From NCBI GenBank assembly GCA_918797485.1, contig CAKKNE010000001.1, positions 2,852,001 to 2,916,000 of the forward strand: DNA of 64,000 nt. Direction: 5' to 3'. Within the stretch, counting starts at the first letter, position 1. The number at the start of each line of letters is the position of its first letter. The notes beneath the pieces were generated by a model. It saw nothing but the letters and a program-made list of their open reading frames with translations. It was not told the DNA's origin and did no database searches. The DNA comes from Pelagomonas calceolata. Its lineage: Eukaryota. This document shows positions 25,548 to 39,058 of the stretch, piece after piece. A program made the position numbers and the translations under genes.

Positions 25548-28500
25548 TCATCTAATCCATCTTTTGATGTAAGATGGATCGAGCTGTTCGTCTATTGCCT
25601 GTGCAACTAGCGAATAGGCATCACGCAAGGTATTGTAGTCACTCTTGCAGAATACAAAACAATGACAAGAACGACTGCTGCAAACGATGCGAATCTTTAA
25701 CCTGACCCGCTTTTCAGTGGGCGTGAGTATCATAGCATCACCAAAAAATGTCTGGGGACCGTACATTTCGTCAGAAATCGTGTCCGTGGCACACTTGCTT
25801 GCGCAAGTTGTGTACAGCACATTTACTGAACCTTTCACTATGAAATGAAGCTCGCGTGCAGAGATTCGGGCAGAGTTGATAATTTGGCCGCTAGAGTAAC
25901 TAGCCGGTCTTAGACTTCTGAGAATAATAGCCACGGCCCCCATGTACTTTTTTTCAATTGTTGAGAATAAAGGTAAATAAGGAAGTACGGCACGATGGAC
26001 ATAAACTGTAGACACAGTTTGCATGTGAGGAGGAAATAAATCCACTATTCTTCTCTCATCAAATACGCCGCTAATCAGAAGAAAGTGATGGTGATTGCGA
26101 CGTACACGAAGGAGGAGCTCCGAAGTTGGAGAGATGGAATGGATTTCACAGAGAAAATCAGAAAGATAGCTTTTTTCTGCCTGCAATTGCCTCTTTGCCT
26201 GATCAAGATTCGTCACTATACTAACAAGTATCCCAATGACATACGCAAAAATCATGGTACCTAAGACCTGGGAGACTATGGTGACGATGAGGCTGCTTGC
26301 ACTATTCAAGGAGGGTTTCTCATCTCCGTATCCGACTGTAGTCATCGTAGCAAAAGCCCAATACATCGTTGTCAAATATTGTGTGGGTCGCTTTTTGGAT
26401 TGACGCATTCTCCGGGAGGCCCGAAAGAAAATGCATGTCAGAGCATGCGCAACTGCGCCCATAACAATAAGGGGCTTGAGAAGCTTTAAGATGGAGGGAT
26501 TTATCCCAAGATTATCTTCAACATGCTCAGCGAGCTCTCCGAGCTTAAGCTTCTGCTGAATTTTGGCCAATCGCACAAGGCGCATTGCGCGGAACAACTT
26601 AATTGCCCTAAAACCTGCATTTCTTCTCTTAAATACACAGTTTGCCTAATGCCCAGTGCAATTATTATTTTGCAAACTTAATTCACGCTGCCACTTTTAC
26701 CAATTTATCAAAGGGGACTGTTGACACCAGGTCAATTGGCAACCAGCCCGAGGTGTACTTTCTTATAATAAGTTTCCGTGAGAATACTAATGTTTGACTC
26801 TTATCAAAGTATGCCGTTTGGAATGAAAGGATCATATCCAAACCAAAGCAAACGTCTATGCAGAGGTTCATGCCTACGGAAAACTCATAAATCACTATTT
26901 TTCAAGACACAGCAATGACCCATCCAAATATTTGTTGGCGGCGAGCAGGGTCGCTCTATGATTTCAAAACAAATTGTGTAGGTGATTGCAACTATAGAGT
27001 AAATGATGAAGAAACAAATCAGGGCGTCCCATGTCACTTTTGCTGGGAGTTCTGGGTGAATGATCCAGTGCTGGCAACAGAAATCAAGCGAAGATATCTC
27101 AAGGACTGCCGCATTGTTACTATTTGAACCAAAACCACGATGCGCATTCACATATCCTGAAGTTGCAACAAATGGAGACTCCTCATTTTTTTCAATATTC
27201 GCCCCTCCCATCATAGTAGAAGGTGATCCATTGAGTCGAGAACGACGATTACATATTTGCTTGTGAGCTTCAGAGGCAACCTGCATGAGGTCAGTGCGAA
27301 AGGGATCGTGGCCCGTTAACGCCCCAAGTAGGACTTCCTTCTTGATAGAATACAAAATTGCCTTGTGCTGCACATAAGCAGAAAACGGGTTGATTAATGT
27401 GAGCAATATGGCTACATCACCAAGAATCTGTCCCGCACTAAAGGTGCCACAACAAAAACCGACGGGAGATGGAATGCGTATATTATCTGAAGCATCTCCA
27501 GACAGCTCTCCAGACAGCGTTGTTAATCGAGTAAGATCATAATGACCAACAGAATTGACATCAAGTGCAGTCAATAGAATAGAAACAACACCGGAGCCAA
27601 TTACAAATAAATGGGTTCCAACTGAGCCCTCGAAAAAAAGAAACTCGCCGTCATTGGCATTGCATGGTAATAGATTTGGAGCAACTGCGACAATAAACTC
27701 ACAATGAGCTCCCTGGAAAAATGATGTGTTGTAAACCAACTGATTATAGCATGTATATACCAAGTCATTGGCCGTTGTTGCTGGAAGCACCTCTAGAATA
27801 TCTTGCATGTCGAAGATTCCGTCCGTCGTAAAAATGTTATTAAAGTGCCTTTTGATTTGAGCGGCGAGTACTGGGGGATACTGTCGGTCATATAGGTACT
27901 CTTCGACTGCGTCCATCTTCTCATTGTGAGTCTTTGATGAGAGATCAAGATTTTCCAGGATTGAGGTAACACCACCAATGATGTAACCAAAGCATGCGCC
28001 GCCCACAATCATTGCAAACATCGCGACGAGTCTTTCCGTGTTGTTTACAATCGCGATGTCTCCATAACCCACCGTCGTCATTGTTGTAAAGGCCCAGTAG
28101 AGTGCGACACGGTATTTGTAGCGAGTTGTTTTCAGGGGGAGAGAGTTTGCATTCACCCAGTGTCTCACGCGCTTTGGGTCCCCCCGCTGGTGTTGAAGAA
28201 CAACCAGCCAATACCAGACCTACACAAATAATTGCTGCCTTATTCACCTCACATACATAATTGCTGCGACACAATAGTGTACACAACAGAGCATATGGGC
28301 TATTACAAAAAGAGTGAGGAGCATACGAACTGCAGACACGAAACCGGGCTGAAAGAGGAGAGACGGCTCTTCCGTAGGATTATTCTTCTTGCTTCGGAGC
28401 CTCATGAGGCGAGTGAGTTTAAAAAGCTTGGACAATCGGATTACACGGACAAATTTAGTAATCTTAGTTAGAGTGGCCTTAATATTACAAAATCTTAGGA

Positions 28501-28996
28501 TGTATGGCAGCAGCGTAGAAATAAAGTCAACTGGAAAACCGTGCCACTGAATGAGATAATGCGCACCAATCTTCCATGGGTCTCCTACCAGAGCTCCTGT
28601 TGGGGTTTGATATGCAGTGAAGCACGAAAAAAACATATCTAGCAAAAAGCTTAGGTCAACCACAAAATCTATGCCAAATCTAATGCATGCTCGCCATGGC
28701 TTGTCTGATAGATGAAGGCCACCCAGGATGTGACAACTTGCCTCGGCATTGAACCCCATGGAATATGGCATTGTCATAGTGAGATAGACAACACAACAAC
28801 AAACAAATGCATCCCAGCAGATTTTACGCCGACCAGATGGATTTATAATTCCACGGGGCAAATTTTCAAGTTCTTCACACGCCGCTGCAGAGTGTGTAGA
28901 TCGGATTTTAGGTTCATTTAGGCTACCAACTTGTGCTACCAGATCACACCACGTCGCTGCGGACTGGTCGTGATATACTCTGATGGCGCCGTCCAC
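25548..28996 (-). CDS. Cyclic-nucleotide-binding-domain (EAG/CNG-like) K+ channel with two tandem S1-S6 + CNBD units, multi-exon
   Basis: Two YWAFxTMTTVGYGD pore loops, two Arg-rich S4 segments and two CNBD-like regions. Confidence 0.8.
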
Positions 28997-29277
28997 TGCC
29001 GGCCCATTGACGGCCTAATTGTAAAATGAAATTAGACGAGTTAAAGCGATGGACCACCGAAGATTGCCGGAGCATTTGGAGTCCGAGTTGACCAATGCAC
29101 AAGGGACGAAGACACGTGAGCCAGGAATAGCGTTTCATCAGGATCCATCTGGGTGTTATATTGAACGTACGAGCTGTAGGAGCAACAGGGGAGACGATCT
29201 TGATTATATCCATAGATACAAAATATAGATACAGTATCGACCGATTGTCACCTAACGACGAATAATGTCCCCCCAAA

Positions 29278-30147
29278 TGCTCTTAACACAGCACGGTAGG
29301 AGGCGCCGATTTTACACACCGGAAGAGGTAAAAGCACACAACTCTGCCGACGATGCGTGGTTCTCTTTGTTTGACAAGGTGTTGGATCTAACCAAGCTTA
29401 TAGCAAAGAATACTGCTTTGGCAACCCCTCTAATAGACTGTGCTGGCAGTGACATATCCCATTGGTTTAATAGCAAATCACGGACAGTAAAAAGTTACTA
29501 CAGTCAAGTTAAAAAAGTAGCGCTTCCATATATTCCGATGGGGAGATTTATACATGTTAGTTTGTAAGAGAATTCATCTCTCCAACAGTGTCTTCGTCTT
29601 ATCGCCACACGTGGCTTGGGTGAACCCTGACATATAGGTGCCGCCTTCGGAACCGAGCTCAAAATGGTGTACTAGTGATTCGAATGGGCTCGAAGAAATT
29701 CCATGGTTGTTTGCTGTGATCTTTCAATCATGATTAAATTTTTTTTTTAGGTGGAGCGACACTCAGTACATAATTGGGAACATCTCTCGTAATGTTCGCA
29801 AGTTGAGGGTAGTGAATACTTTGACGCAACAGTCCGATGTCTTTGAGGTTTGTGGTGAAGAGACAATTAAAGAAATCCAAACTCGGCGCGGTCCAGTGTT
29901 CTCTGGCGTGACAAAATCCGTACACACACGCCGCAACAATAGCTACACGGAATACAATACCCATGCACAGTCTTATACATGGAAATATCTGAAAGATCGC
30001 ACTTTTGTTCCGATAGAAATGAGCAAAACATTGGAACAACTTGGCATTGTGGATGAGAGCAAAGTATTTGAGCATGCGGGAATTAATCAAGACCAGTACA
30101 TGCCCGTCGTGCACATTTATTTTAATGATGATTTGACAGATGACTAG
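29278..30147 (+). CDS. CYB5D1: Cytochrome b5 domain-containing protein 1 (flagellar radial spoke); introns 29556-29637, 29706-29750, 29886-29942 (GC-AG)
   Basis: FYTPEEVKAHNSADDAW, AGSDISHWF, GRFIHVPP, YNTHAQSYTWKY, HIYFNDDLT. Confidence 0.88.
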
Positions 30148-31161
30148 ATGTTACCCAGCGAGCAACTCAATTTGGGGCCTGCTTTCCCCAGTTCCATATT
30201 TTGGACCGAGTTGAATCAAGCTAGCTGACTCAACAACAACAATGACAACGACCTCAGGATTCCCCCAAAATTTTGCACACTCGCAAATTTGCCACCTGTG
30301 CGCTACAAGAGGGCATCCGCTAGGAGGCCACCGGCGTGACTTACCATCAGTCGAGAATGAGTCTTCGCGCCCAATTGATCGAGAGCCTCTGTATGCCATT
30401 GACGTGGCATTTTCCTCAAGGTTATCCTGATCACCGGGAGCCCGCACTCAAGTCCGCACTCAAACTCAAACCCGCACGTAAGACTTGTTTGATAGGGGCC
30501 GTTTCGGCTTAGCCACACACCGGAAATTCCCTTTGAGCCCTATATAGATATGGAATGTTAGGAAATAATTTTCAAGTTGCGTAATTATGGTTCAATTTAT
30601 ACGTCTCAGGGGCGATTTTTGGGTTGGGGCGGGTTTTATCTCGGACCATCGCACCGCGTCGCAGCTGCTTTCTCAGCGCGAGGCTGCCCGCATGGTAAAA
30701 AACTTTGTACAGCCCATTATTTTAGCACTGGCATACGGAACCTGCGCCTCAGCAAAAATTTCCTGCCATTCGGCTGGCCCGGGCGGCCCGGGCGCGTGCG
30801 GCCGGCCGCCGAAAGATCCGGCGAAGAAAGCGGCTGAAGCCGAGCAGAAAAGAAGAGATGCACACAAAAAAGCAACTATTGATTTTGATAAAGTCTATGA
30901 TGACAGAAAGCGATACTTGGACGCTGGTATCGGAGACGAGTTCGCGGGTTGGAGAGCTGACATAGAACGCCTGCCGGATCGTTTCGCTCGCCCATTTCAG
31001 TCACGTCCTAGAGGGGCAAGTAGGCCCGTTAGGCTCGGCTTGCCCGGCAGGTTTGGGGTTCGGACCGGGTGCCAGTTTCCGCAAGTGTGTCCGCCCCCTT
31101 GCAGATCAGCGACGTCCGGTGCCCCCGGTACTAACCTAGGCTACTTGACTGACCCACGCTA

Positions 31162-31533
31162 CTACGCCGCCAGGACGGCGTACTTTCGCTGCGGGAAGTT
31201 CTGCTCCCGCTTGCGCTGCTTCAGCGTCTTCCGGCCGCGCTCCGCGGGCGTGAGCGCGCGCCGCAGCGCGCGCGTCTGCTTGGGCCGCAGGTCCTTGGGC
31301 AGGAACTTCTTCCCGGCGTAGGCCTCACGAAGCTTTGCCTTCTGTGTCTGGTTGTACACCGTCAGCACGCGCGCGATGGACTTGCGCACGACGCCGATCT
31401 TGGCGAGCTTCGACGCCGCGCCGCCCGTCACCTTGGCGACGCGCAGCTGCGCGAGCTCATTCTTCAGCTCCTCGAGCGTCTTCAGCAGCTCGCTCTTGTT
31501 CTTGGTGCGCAGCTCGTGCGCCTTGATCTTCAT
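31162..31533 (-). CDS. RPL35: 60S ribosomal protein L35 (uL29), intronless and GC-rich
   Basis: KIKAHELR...[17 protein letters not shown]...[11 protein letters not shown]...[12 protein letters not shown]. Confidence 0.97.
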   Translation of the reverse strand: MKIKAHELRTKNKSELLKTLEELKNELAQLRVAKVTGGAASKLAKIGVVRKSIARVLTVYNQTQKAKLREAYAGKKFLPKDLRPKQTRALRRALTPAERGRKTLKQRKREQNFPQRKYAVLAA

Positions 31534-32407
31534 CGCGGCGTCGCGAATGCCCTCGCGGCCGGCGGCGGCCTGCGGATGGGGGGAGGGCGGGGGCGCGTCG
31601 GGGCGCAGGCGCTCGGATCGCGCGCTCGAAGCCCTCTCGCGAAGACCTTGGCGGGCGTCTGCGGCGGCGACGGCCTCTCACTCACGGTCGAGCGTGCCGG
31701 CTCCAGCACGCTCGACCGTGCCACAGCCGGCGACGACGGTCTCAAGCGCGAGCTCGCGCCGCCGGCGCCGGCCCCGGCTTTGAGCGCGCCGGCAAGAGAG
31801 CCGCCTCGCAGAGACATGGCTCAATGCGTCGTCGCACACAACCCGACGCCCGCGCTCGACCCGTGGTGGCCGGCTCGGCGGTTCGTGGCGCGCGCGGGCA
31901 CGCGCCGCCGCCCTCGGGTAAAGCTCTATATGGCTTTTTTTGTGCTCGCTTAAAACCGACGCGCAACCGCGGCGCAAGTCTCTCTCTCTCTCGACGCAGC
32001 GCGCACCTCAACCAGCCGCTCAATAAAGACGCCGCGTCAAACGCACGACAAAGGCGCCGAGCGGAAACACGGACAAGAGGCAACAATCGCCTCCTCGCCG
32101 AGCTTACTCTTAGAGTATAGGACTGGGGGGGGGGGGGCGGAGGCTAAAAAACCGCGCGTGCCAAAGCGTCTCCTCGGGAACAATGTTCCCCAAAGAGCAC
32201 GTTTTGCAACATCCAGTGGAAGAAAAAATGCTGTCAGGGACATCGCCAAGCTGCTTTACTATTTCATTCATGTGACTGGGATCAAATGATCTGAAATCTC
32301 CATCTCCAACTATTTGAAATCGATCTGCGGGCACGTATCGATCGTGGAGGATCGTGGTGACGCGGGCATGCTGGTGATTTTGGCACACTAAGACTTACAA
32401 CAATGCC

Positions 32408-33281
32408 GTGCCCCGTACCGTTAACGGTACGGGGCACACAGGCCCTAGTGAGTTTTGCGCCACTAGCATTTAAGCTGTTTTGCGCCGCTCGTCAGAACGC
32501 TGTTCTTCGCGCTCGTCCTTTTAGCCCTTGTAAAAACGTTTCTCTCGCTCCCCGCGTTCCGATGAGCACCTTTTCAAAACCATCCGAGCCCATGCTGCCG
32601 CGAAACTGCCACCGATCTCTGTGCAGAGCGCTCACACGCGCGCACGCCAGCCGCACTTCATTCCGTGGACCGCGCACGCACAGCGCATAGCATGAGGACG
32701 TGATCCGCACACGTGTGGGATGCATACAGCTGTAGCAGACGACGACAACGACCTATCGGTTTCCCTCCTGAGCTCCGGCTGGTACACCCTGCGCACCCAC
32801 TGCGACACGCTACACAAGTCGAAAAGAGCAGTCGTCGCCGTCTGCGCCCGATCTGCTGCCTCGTGGCGCCGCGCGCTGTCAAAGCTCGGCGCTGCGGCGG
32901 CGTCCGCGACGGAGCACGACGACGTCAAAACCGTCAAACCTGCGGTCGCTGCGGCATCGTGCGCCGTCGTCGCGCTGCCCCGCTGCAGCGGCGACGAAGG
33001 CGTGCGTAGCGGCGCTCGCGAGCGGTGCTCGCCTGATCCCCGAGAAGCCCGCGGCGTAGGAGGAGCTGCCGCGCCGCACCCGGCGGTGGTGCGTCCTCAA
33101 GAACTGGGCGCTTAAGCCGGGCGTACTTTGCGTCGGCGAGTTGTGGACGTTGGAAGCGGAACGTCCGCTTGGCGCTGCCGCCGCCGGCGCGCCGCGCCTT
33201 GTAAAATGCAAGTGCCCGTGGCCCGTCAGCGTTGTGAAAACTGTCCTCACCAATTCATCAGCAACGCAGCTCCGGACCGTG
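32408..33281 (+). repeat. Palindrome-headed repeat, copy C (internally deleted)
   Basis: Starts with a 30-bp palindrome; similar to the reverse complement of about 52540-53320, then jumps into the Zn-ribbon coding sequence (CKMQVPVARQRCENCPHQF). Confidence 0.85.
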
Positions 33282-33512
33282 GAGCTGGGGCTGGAGCTGG
33301 AGCTTGGCCACAAATTTAGAAAGGATAAAATCAAAGAATTCCGACTGACTTGATGCTACGATCAATGTTGGATCGAGCGATGGATCGGGCGATGATGGCT
33401 CTCATTTCGACGTAGCTTAACATAGTAGTGCGGGTTTGTTATCCGGACATCGAGCTACCTCCCGCGCGCAACTGCTGACACACTACGCAGCTAATCCGCA
33501 GCGATACATAGC

Positions 33513-33983
33513 TTGCGCAGGAGTTCAGAAGCTTTGCGCACCTCTGCGCAACACCTGACACGAAGCGCGCAGGACACCATGTCCACGCTAGAGACCATGT
33601 CGGAGAAACCAAGTGTTGATGTGACCTTTACGGAGCAAAGCTTGCACGTGCAGCTCACCCTGCATAAGGCTGGGACAGTATGGCTAGATTGCGTTGAACC
33701 GCAGAGCGCGGCGCACGGACGCGTCAATGTGGGCACATCGCTGGTTGCGGTCAACGGCGCACGGATGGGGAAGCTATTTGGCCGGCAGGCCTGGGTTACC
33801 TTCTGTGAGCGTATCAGAAATATGCAACGACCGATGACACTCACATTCTCCTACTACCCCATTTCTGACGTGTCCTCTAGTCCATACTCGTCAGTGGTTG
33901 ACGACGAGTCCACCTATCGCCAAACTCCCTCCTTTTGGGCTACGGACCATTCCCTTGCCCCTGTTAGTTCCTCATCCTCTTGA
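33513..33983 (+). CDS. Small hypothetical protein, PDZ-like
   Basis: VNVGTSLVAVNG...RPMTLTF resembles the C-terminal half of a PDZ domain. Confidence 0.4.
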   Translation: MRRSSEALRTSAQHLTRSAQDTMSTLETMSEKPSVDVTFTEQSLHVQLTLHKAGTVWLDCVEPQSAAHGRVNVGTSLVAVNGARMGKLFGRQAWVTFCERIRNMQRPMTLTFSYYPISDVSSSPYSSVVDDESTYRQTPSFWATDHSLAPVSSSSS

Positions 33984-34211
33984 TGTTATCCCCATCCTCT
34001 CCCTAGACCCGCGTGAAAAATAAAAAATAAGTAACTTTCTAACCGTTCTATCTTCTGTTAGGGCCAGCGCGGCCTTGAGCGACTTGTTCTTGCTGATGCT
34101 CGACATATTGGGGGTTTCGGCTGAGTGTGCCGCTGCTATATGGTTGCGTTCGTAAGTTTTGGCGTAAGTAAAGGATGCATCTCGCGAATTTCCCCCAAAA
34201 CGGAACGTGGA

Positions 34212-34422
34212 GTGCTCCCAAACAATTAACGGTACGGGTCACACCAGCCCTAGTGAGTTTTGCGCCACTAGCATTTAAGCTGTTTTGCGCCGCTCGTCAG
34301 AACGCTGTTCTTCGCCGCTCGCACTTTCCGCCCGCGTAAAAACGTTTCTCTCGCTCCCCGCGTTCCGATGAGCACCTTTTCAAAACCATCCGAGCCGATG
34401 CGGCCGCGAAACTGCCGCCGAC
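34212..34422 (+). repeat. Palindrome-headed repeat, copy D (end module only, left arm of the palindrome decayed)
   Basis: TTAACGGTACGGGTCACACCAGCCCTAGTGAGTTTTGCGCCAC... matches 32421-32615. Confidence 0.85.
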
Positions 34423-35628
34423 ACCCCGTGGGATGGGGTGGCGTCGTCGGGTGCACAGCCTCTCGCACGCGAGTTCCAGCTGCGCTCGTTAGTGCGCAGC
34501 AGCGACTGACTCTAGCGAACCACAGAGCGCCGCGCTGTCCGCCGCGCGCGCATTCTTCCTCTAAGGCGAGCCGCCGGAGCGAATCGCGAGCCGCCGGAGC
34601 GAATCGGCGCGATGGCGTGCGTGAACTCGTGCGAGTCGTGCGAGATCATCGCCGTCGGCGCCGTGGTCACGGTGAGAGAGAGGCAAGGCACTGGCAGTGG
34701 CGGCGTCGGCGTAGCACTTGGCGGCGCCCTGTGAAAGTCAAATTGTGTGTGTGCTCGAACGCAAATTGCACGCCGCGCGCGTGGCCGCGTGATTTTGGCC
34801 GGCGCAGGTCCGCGCTGTCAACCACGATGGGACGCTTTGCGTCAAGTACACGCTCGGCGGCACAGCACGCGCAGTCGCGAGCGCTGACTGCAGGCCCGGG
34901 AACCACGCGGGCGAGCACTATGAGAATAAGCTGACCAAGTGGCGCAAGCGCGTCGACGGCTTCTTTGGTTGTGACGAGAAGGAGGAGGACGGGGCCTTCG
35001 CGGCGCGGGTTGCTGTGCTCCGGTTGGACGACCTCATCGACAAGAAGAGCCCCGAGCAGGTAGAGAGCCAGTGCAGAAATGTTCATGGTACGTTCAAACT
35101 GGAGTGGGACCGACAGGACATAATCAATCGACTCGCTCTCAATCTCAAAGAGGAGCCACGGCTTGTGACCGGCATAACTTCAGGTGGAGTACGTACTCGA
35201 CAAGATGCTCCACGTGCCGCGGCCACCGGTCCAGGTCGCTTTCCTCCAGGGTGCGATTCCGCTTCAGGCCGGCGCCTGCTTCGACAAGCTAATTGACTTG
35301 CTTCAGGGGCCCACCGGCGGCGGTGACGGTGGCGGTCTGGCCATCGCGACCACGTGCCAAGGCCGCGGCTGCGCAAAGAAAAAGGAGGCCGCCGCCTGGC
35401 GGACAACGGGATCGTCGTGGCTTGGTCGGCGCATCATCCTAGAGCCCGCGTGCATCGGCGCCAAATTCTTGCATCCTTGCGGGGCGCTTTCGAAGTGCAA
35501 CCCTCCGTCGAAAAAGGTGCCGAAGAAAATCATTTGATGGTACGCTCAGGCGGACGGCGAAATTCCGTCCATGGCAACGGTCGACGGCTACCGGCCGCCC
35601 GCTGAGACACGTTTGCGCATCGAGCAGC

Positions 35629-38571
35629 ATGGACCCTACGTGCCAGACCGTGCGGACATCAAAGATACCTTCAAATTTCTTTGATAGGAGTCGCACCAAT
35701 CGTCGAGCATGTTGCCACTGCTCTCTCTCTCTCTCAGTCCCAAAAGAAGAGAATTGCGAAGACCTCGAGTTAAACTTATCTGATCAGTCAATATCTGGGC
35801 AGGTGCCTCTCTTCCGCGCGCGCTTCGACGATGCGGCGTTTGACGCGCGCACGGACCTGTACGAGGCAGACGTCGAGCACGCGGCGGCGGAGGCGCTCGC
35901 TGTCGAGGGCCTCACGTCAACCGCCGAGGCTGGAAAAAACGCGCTGGCGCCCAAGCGCGCAGCAGCGCGCATCTGGTCTATCAATCTAGGCGAGCTGATC
36001 TTCGCGCCGGCAGAGTTGGGGCGGCTCTGCGAATGCTTTGCGAACGCACGCTGCGGCGTGACGCATATCTTTCTGGAGTGCAACAACCTTAGTTGCGTAC
36101 CCTATGACCCAGGAGGACTGGGAAATGATTGCGTGCGCGAGCTGGCGCGCGCTGTTGCGGCGCGGAGGAGGGCAGACCGCTTGGATCTGCGGGGGGCGTG
36201 GAAGAATTTGATTCGTGATTTGGTCAGAACAAACCGCGCGAAGCACGACCTGTACCTTTTCTGTGATGGTGACACAGACTAGAACACTGTGGTGCGGCAG
36301 GCTGTCAAGAACTGGTTCAACCCCACTGGCCACTCTGTGAACAAGGTCTGGCTCGCACGGCAGAAGGGTGGCGGCGGCGCTGATACCGATGGGGCACTTA
36401 TGAAGGCTGTCGCGACGCGGCACCGCCGCACGGATGAAAAACGGGCATTACCAGGCGACCGCGTCCGCGTCCTCTGCGATGACGGTGCTTGGGCGCGCGG
36501 CGTCGTGGCGCTTGCCACGGCTGACGGCAGCGACGCGACGCCCCTCAGAGTGGCGTTGGATGCGTCGGCAACCACGATGCTGCCGGCCCAGCTCGACGCC
36601 GCGACGTTTGGCGTGGCCTGGCGCTGGGACGACGTGCCCGAGTGCGGTGACGTGCTTGAATACGATCTCACGCACCAGCCAGGCGTAGCAGCCGCGGGCC
36701 ACCACGTGCCGGCGCACCTCGTCGCACGTGACGGCCTCCGGCGCTGTGTCGTCGTCGGCGCACGCTACGGCGACACCGGCGAGTGGCGGACCTGCAGTTT
36801 TGTGGATGCGGGCGGCGCGTGCCGCGCACAGCATCGCGTATTGCGGCTGCCGCCGATCGACACACATGGCCTTACGCGGCCCGTCTGGCGCTTCCAGCAC
36901 GCAGCGGGTACGACAGGTGCGGCAGTGGTGGCGGCCTACGTCCGCGGCCGGGGTCGCGGCACTGCCTCGGCGGCCACGGCGCCGGCGGCCGTTGCGGGTT
37001 TGCGGGTCGTCTGCCGCATCAACGGCATCAACCGCACGGGTGTCGTCGAACACGTCGGCGCCACACGCCGTAGGTATGCACTCGAGGAGGCGGCAGCACC
37101 GCCTTGGGAGCTAGCGCCGGCGCCGAAGAAGGCACGGGCGTACAAGCAGCGCGGACCGTGCGACGCGCGTATAGGCGCGTGGATCGAGGTCTACTGGGCT
37201 GGCGATGACGATTGGTACCTAGGCCGCATCGCTGGCCAGCGGACGGTAGCCAGCGGTGGCGTCGAGTTCCAGGTCGCGTACGCCGACGGTGAGACGATCT
37301 ATCATGCGCTCCAAAACAAGCCGTTCGCGGGCGACAGCACGCCGCCGGCTGGGGCCAACGGCGACCCCGAGCAGTTCCGTTTTGCTGCCGCGCCGCCACC
37401 GTCGCCGTCGTCGCCGCCACGCGCACCACACGTGCACGCAACGCCGACAGACCCGACGCGGCTCAAAAAAGGCGACGTCATCGACGTCTTGCTTGCCGGC
37501 GCGGCGACGGCCACGCGCGTGAGGGTCGAGAGCAGCTACGTTGTCAAGGATGACGGCAACTGGAGAGCCGACAATGGCGATGCTGCGCCGCCTCGGCATG
37601 CACGCGATCCGACCGCTGCGCCAGCACTGTTACCGGCCGCTGCTGGGCGCCGCGAGCGCCGCAAGCCCAAGAAGTTCGCCGCTGACCTCTCGTCGACAGA
37701 ATATTCGCGCGCACTCCGACTCGCGGCCGAGAAACGTGCTTCCGCAGCGCGCGCCGCGATGCGTCACGACCTTTTGCTTGCCGACGGCCGCAAAATAGTA
37801 AAATGTCGCCTCGCACGCGTCGTCTGCGGCGAAGACACAAGCGGCGCATCGTGGACATTCGTCAGACACATGAGCAAACCCGCGAAGGCATTGAAACGGA
37901 AGCAGGCACCGGCCAAGAGACTGGCACAGGCCAAGAAGCCGGCGGCTGAGACCAAGCCGGCACCGCATGCACCTGCAGCGCCACTGCCGCTGCAAACCGG
38001 CGACCGGCCGCGCCGCGCTGCACTGCGCACTAAGCGGCCAACCGACGATTTGTCGTCGACTGAGCTTACGTGTCTTCTGCGTAAGGATGCGCGCACGAAG
38101 GCTGACACCTGCGACGTCCTGCTTGACCCGGCACACGGCCTCAAAGAGCGCAGCGTCCAGCTGCGACTCGGTCCGAAGGCCTTCCGCGACGGTTTGTGGC
38201 AGCCCGAGACATCCGTTGGAGCCGCCGCCGGTGGCAAGGCGCCGTTCGTGATGCAAACCGAGTCGTGGGAGGCTGCTGCCGAGGCGCGCAAGGGCAGCGC
38301 TGTGGCGACACGCGGGCGGCTCCTGGCCAAGTACAAGGGCATCGTCTTCCGCCACATAGACGCCACGCACGACGAAGTCCGCGTCGTCGATGACATCGTC
38401 AGCTCGCGCGACAACGACCGCTGGGAGGTCTCAACGAAGCTTGTCGGCGGCAACGGCGACGACGTCCCTGTGCCCTACGGCATTGGCCCGCTCATCGCCC
38501 TGGGCATGGTGGCCGCGGCGCCTACCTACCTGCAGACACGCGACATCGTCCTCGAGATATCCAAGAAGTGA
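35629..38571 (+). pseudogene. Large Tudor-like-domain protein interrupted by one in-frame TAG (36280-36282)
   Basis: ORFs 35629-36282 and 36289-38571 are in the same frame; IGAWIEVYWAGDDDWYLGRI...VAYADGE is Tudor-like. Confidence 0.55.
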
Positions 38572-39058
38572 GGCCTTTTATCTGCCCCCACTACTCCCCG
38601 CGCCGTTAGCCTCCCAGATAAAGCTAAATCGGGATATTCCACAGTCGTCCGCATTTACAGAACAATTTTTGGAGTCTATACATGGGCAATACCCCGCATT
38701 TACATTGCTACTACAATCATGCGCTAGGGCCGAGAATAATGATTTAGACTCCCTATCCATTGCGGCCCCAGCGCGCACCGCGGAGAGAGAGAGTTGCTTA
38801 GTAACGGGGGGGGGTTTCACCCCCCGCCGTTAGCTAAGTAACGCACTCTCTTCCTGCGGAGCTAACCCGTGATGGTCAAATCTTGAGCGGCTAGGTGGCC
38901 TAGCTCTAAGCAAAGCAATCGACGCGACTAGTAGGTTTACGTTATTGCAAGTTGGCTGGGACTCTAGTCCGGAATAGAGCGTCCACTCTACTGAGCTATT
39001 GGTTGAAGGAGGTCGCTCCTATTACGGTGGGAAGAAGGGGATTCGGTGGGAGCGGCAC

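Noticed and set aside
1..30500. Low-GC block as horizontally acquired or viral DNA
   Set aside because: It contains core eukaryotic intron-bearing genes with the same GC-AG intron habit as the GC-rich side
32421..32424. TTAA at the palindrome centre as a piggyBac target site
   Set aside because: The symmetry extends to both sides in intact copies, related palindromes have other centres, and no transposase or matching far end was found
32720..33115. 131-aa ORF present in three repeat copies
   Set aside because: Conservation is explained by recent duplication; it has a non-ATG start and no recognisable domain
38802..38832. G-run/C-run hairpin as another member of the palindrome family
   Set aside because: Imperfect, low complexity, and lacks the shared core
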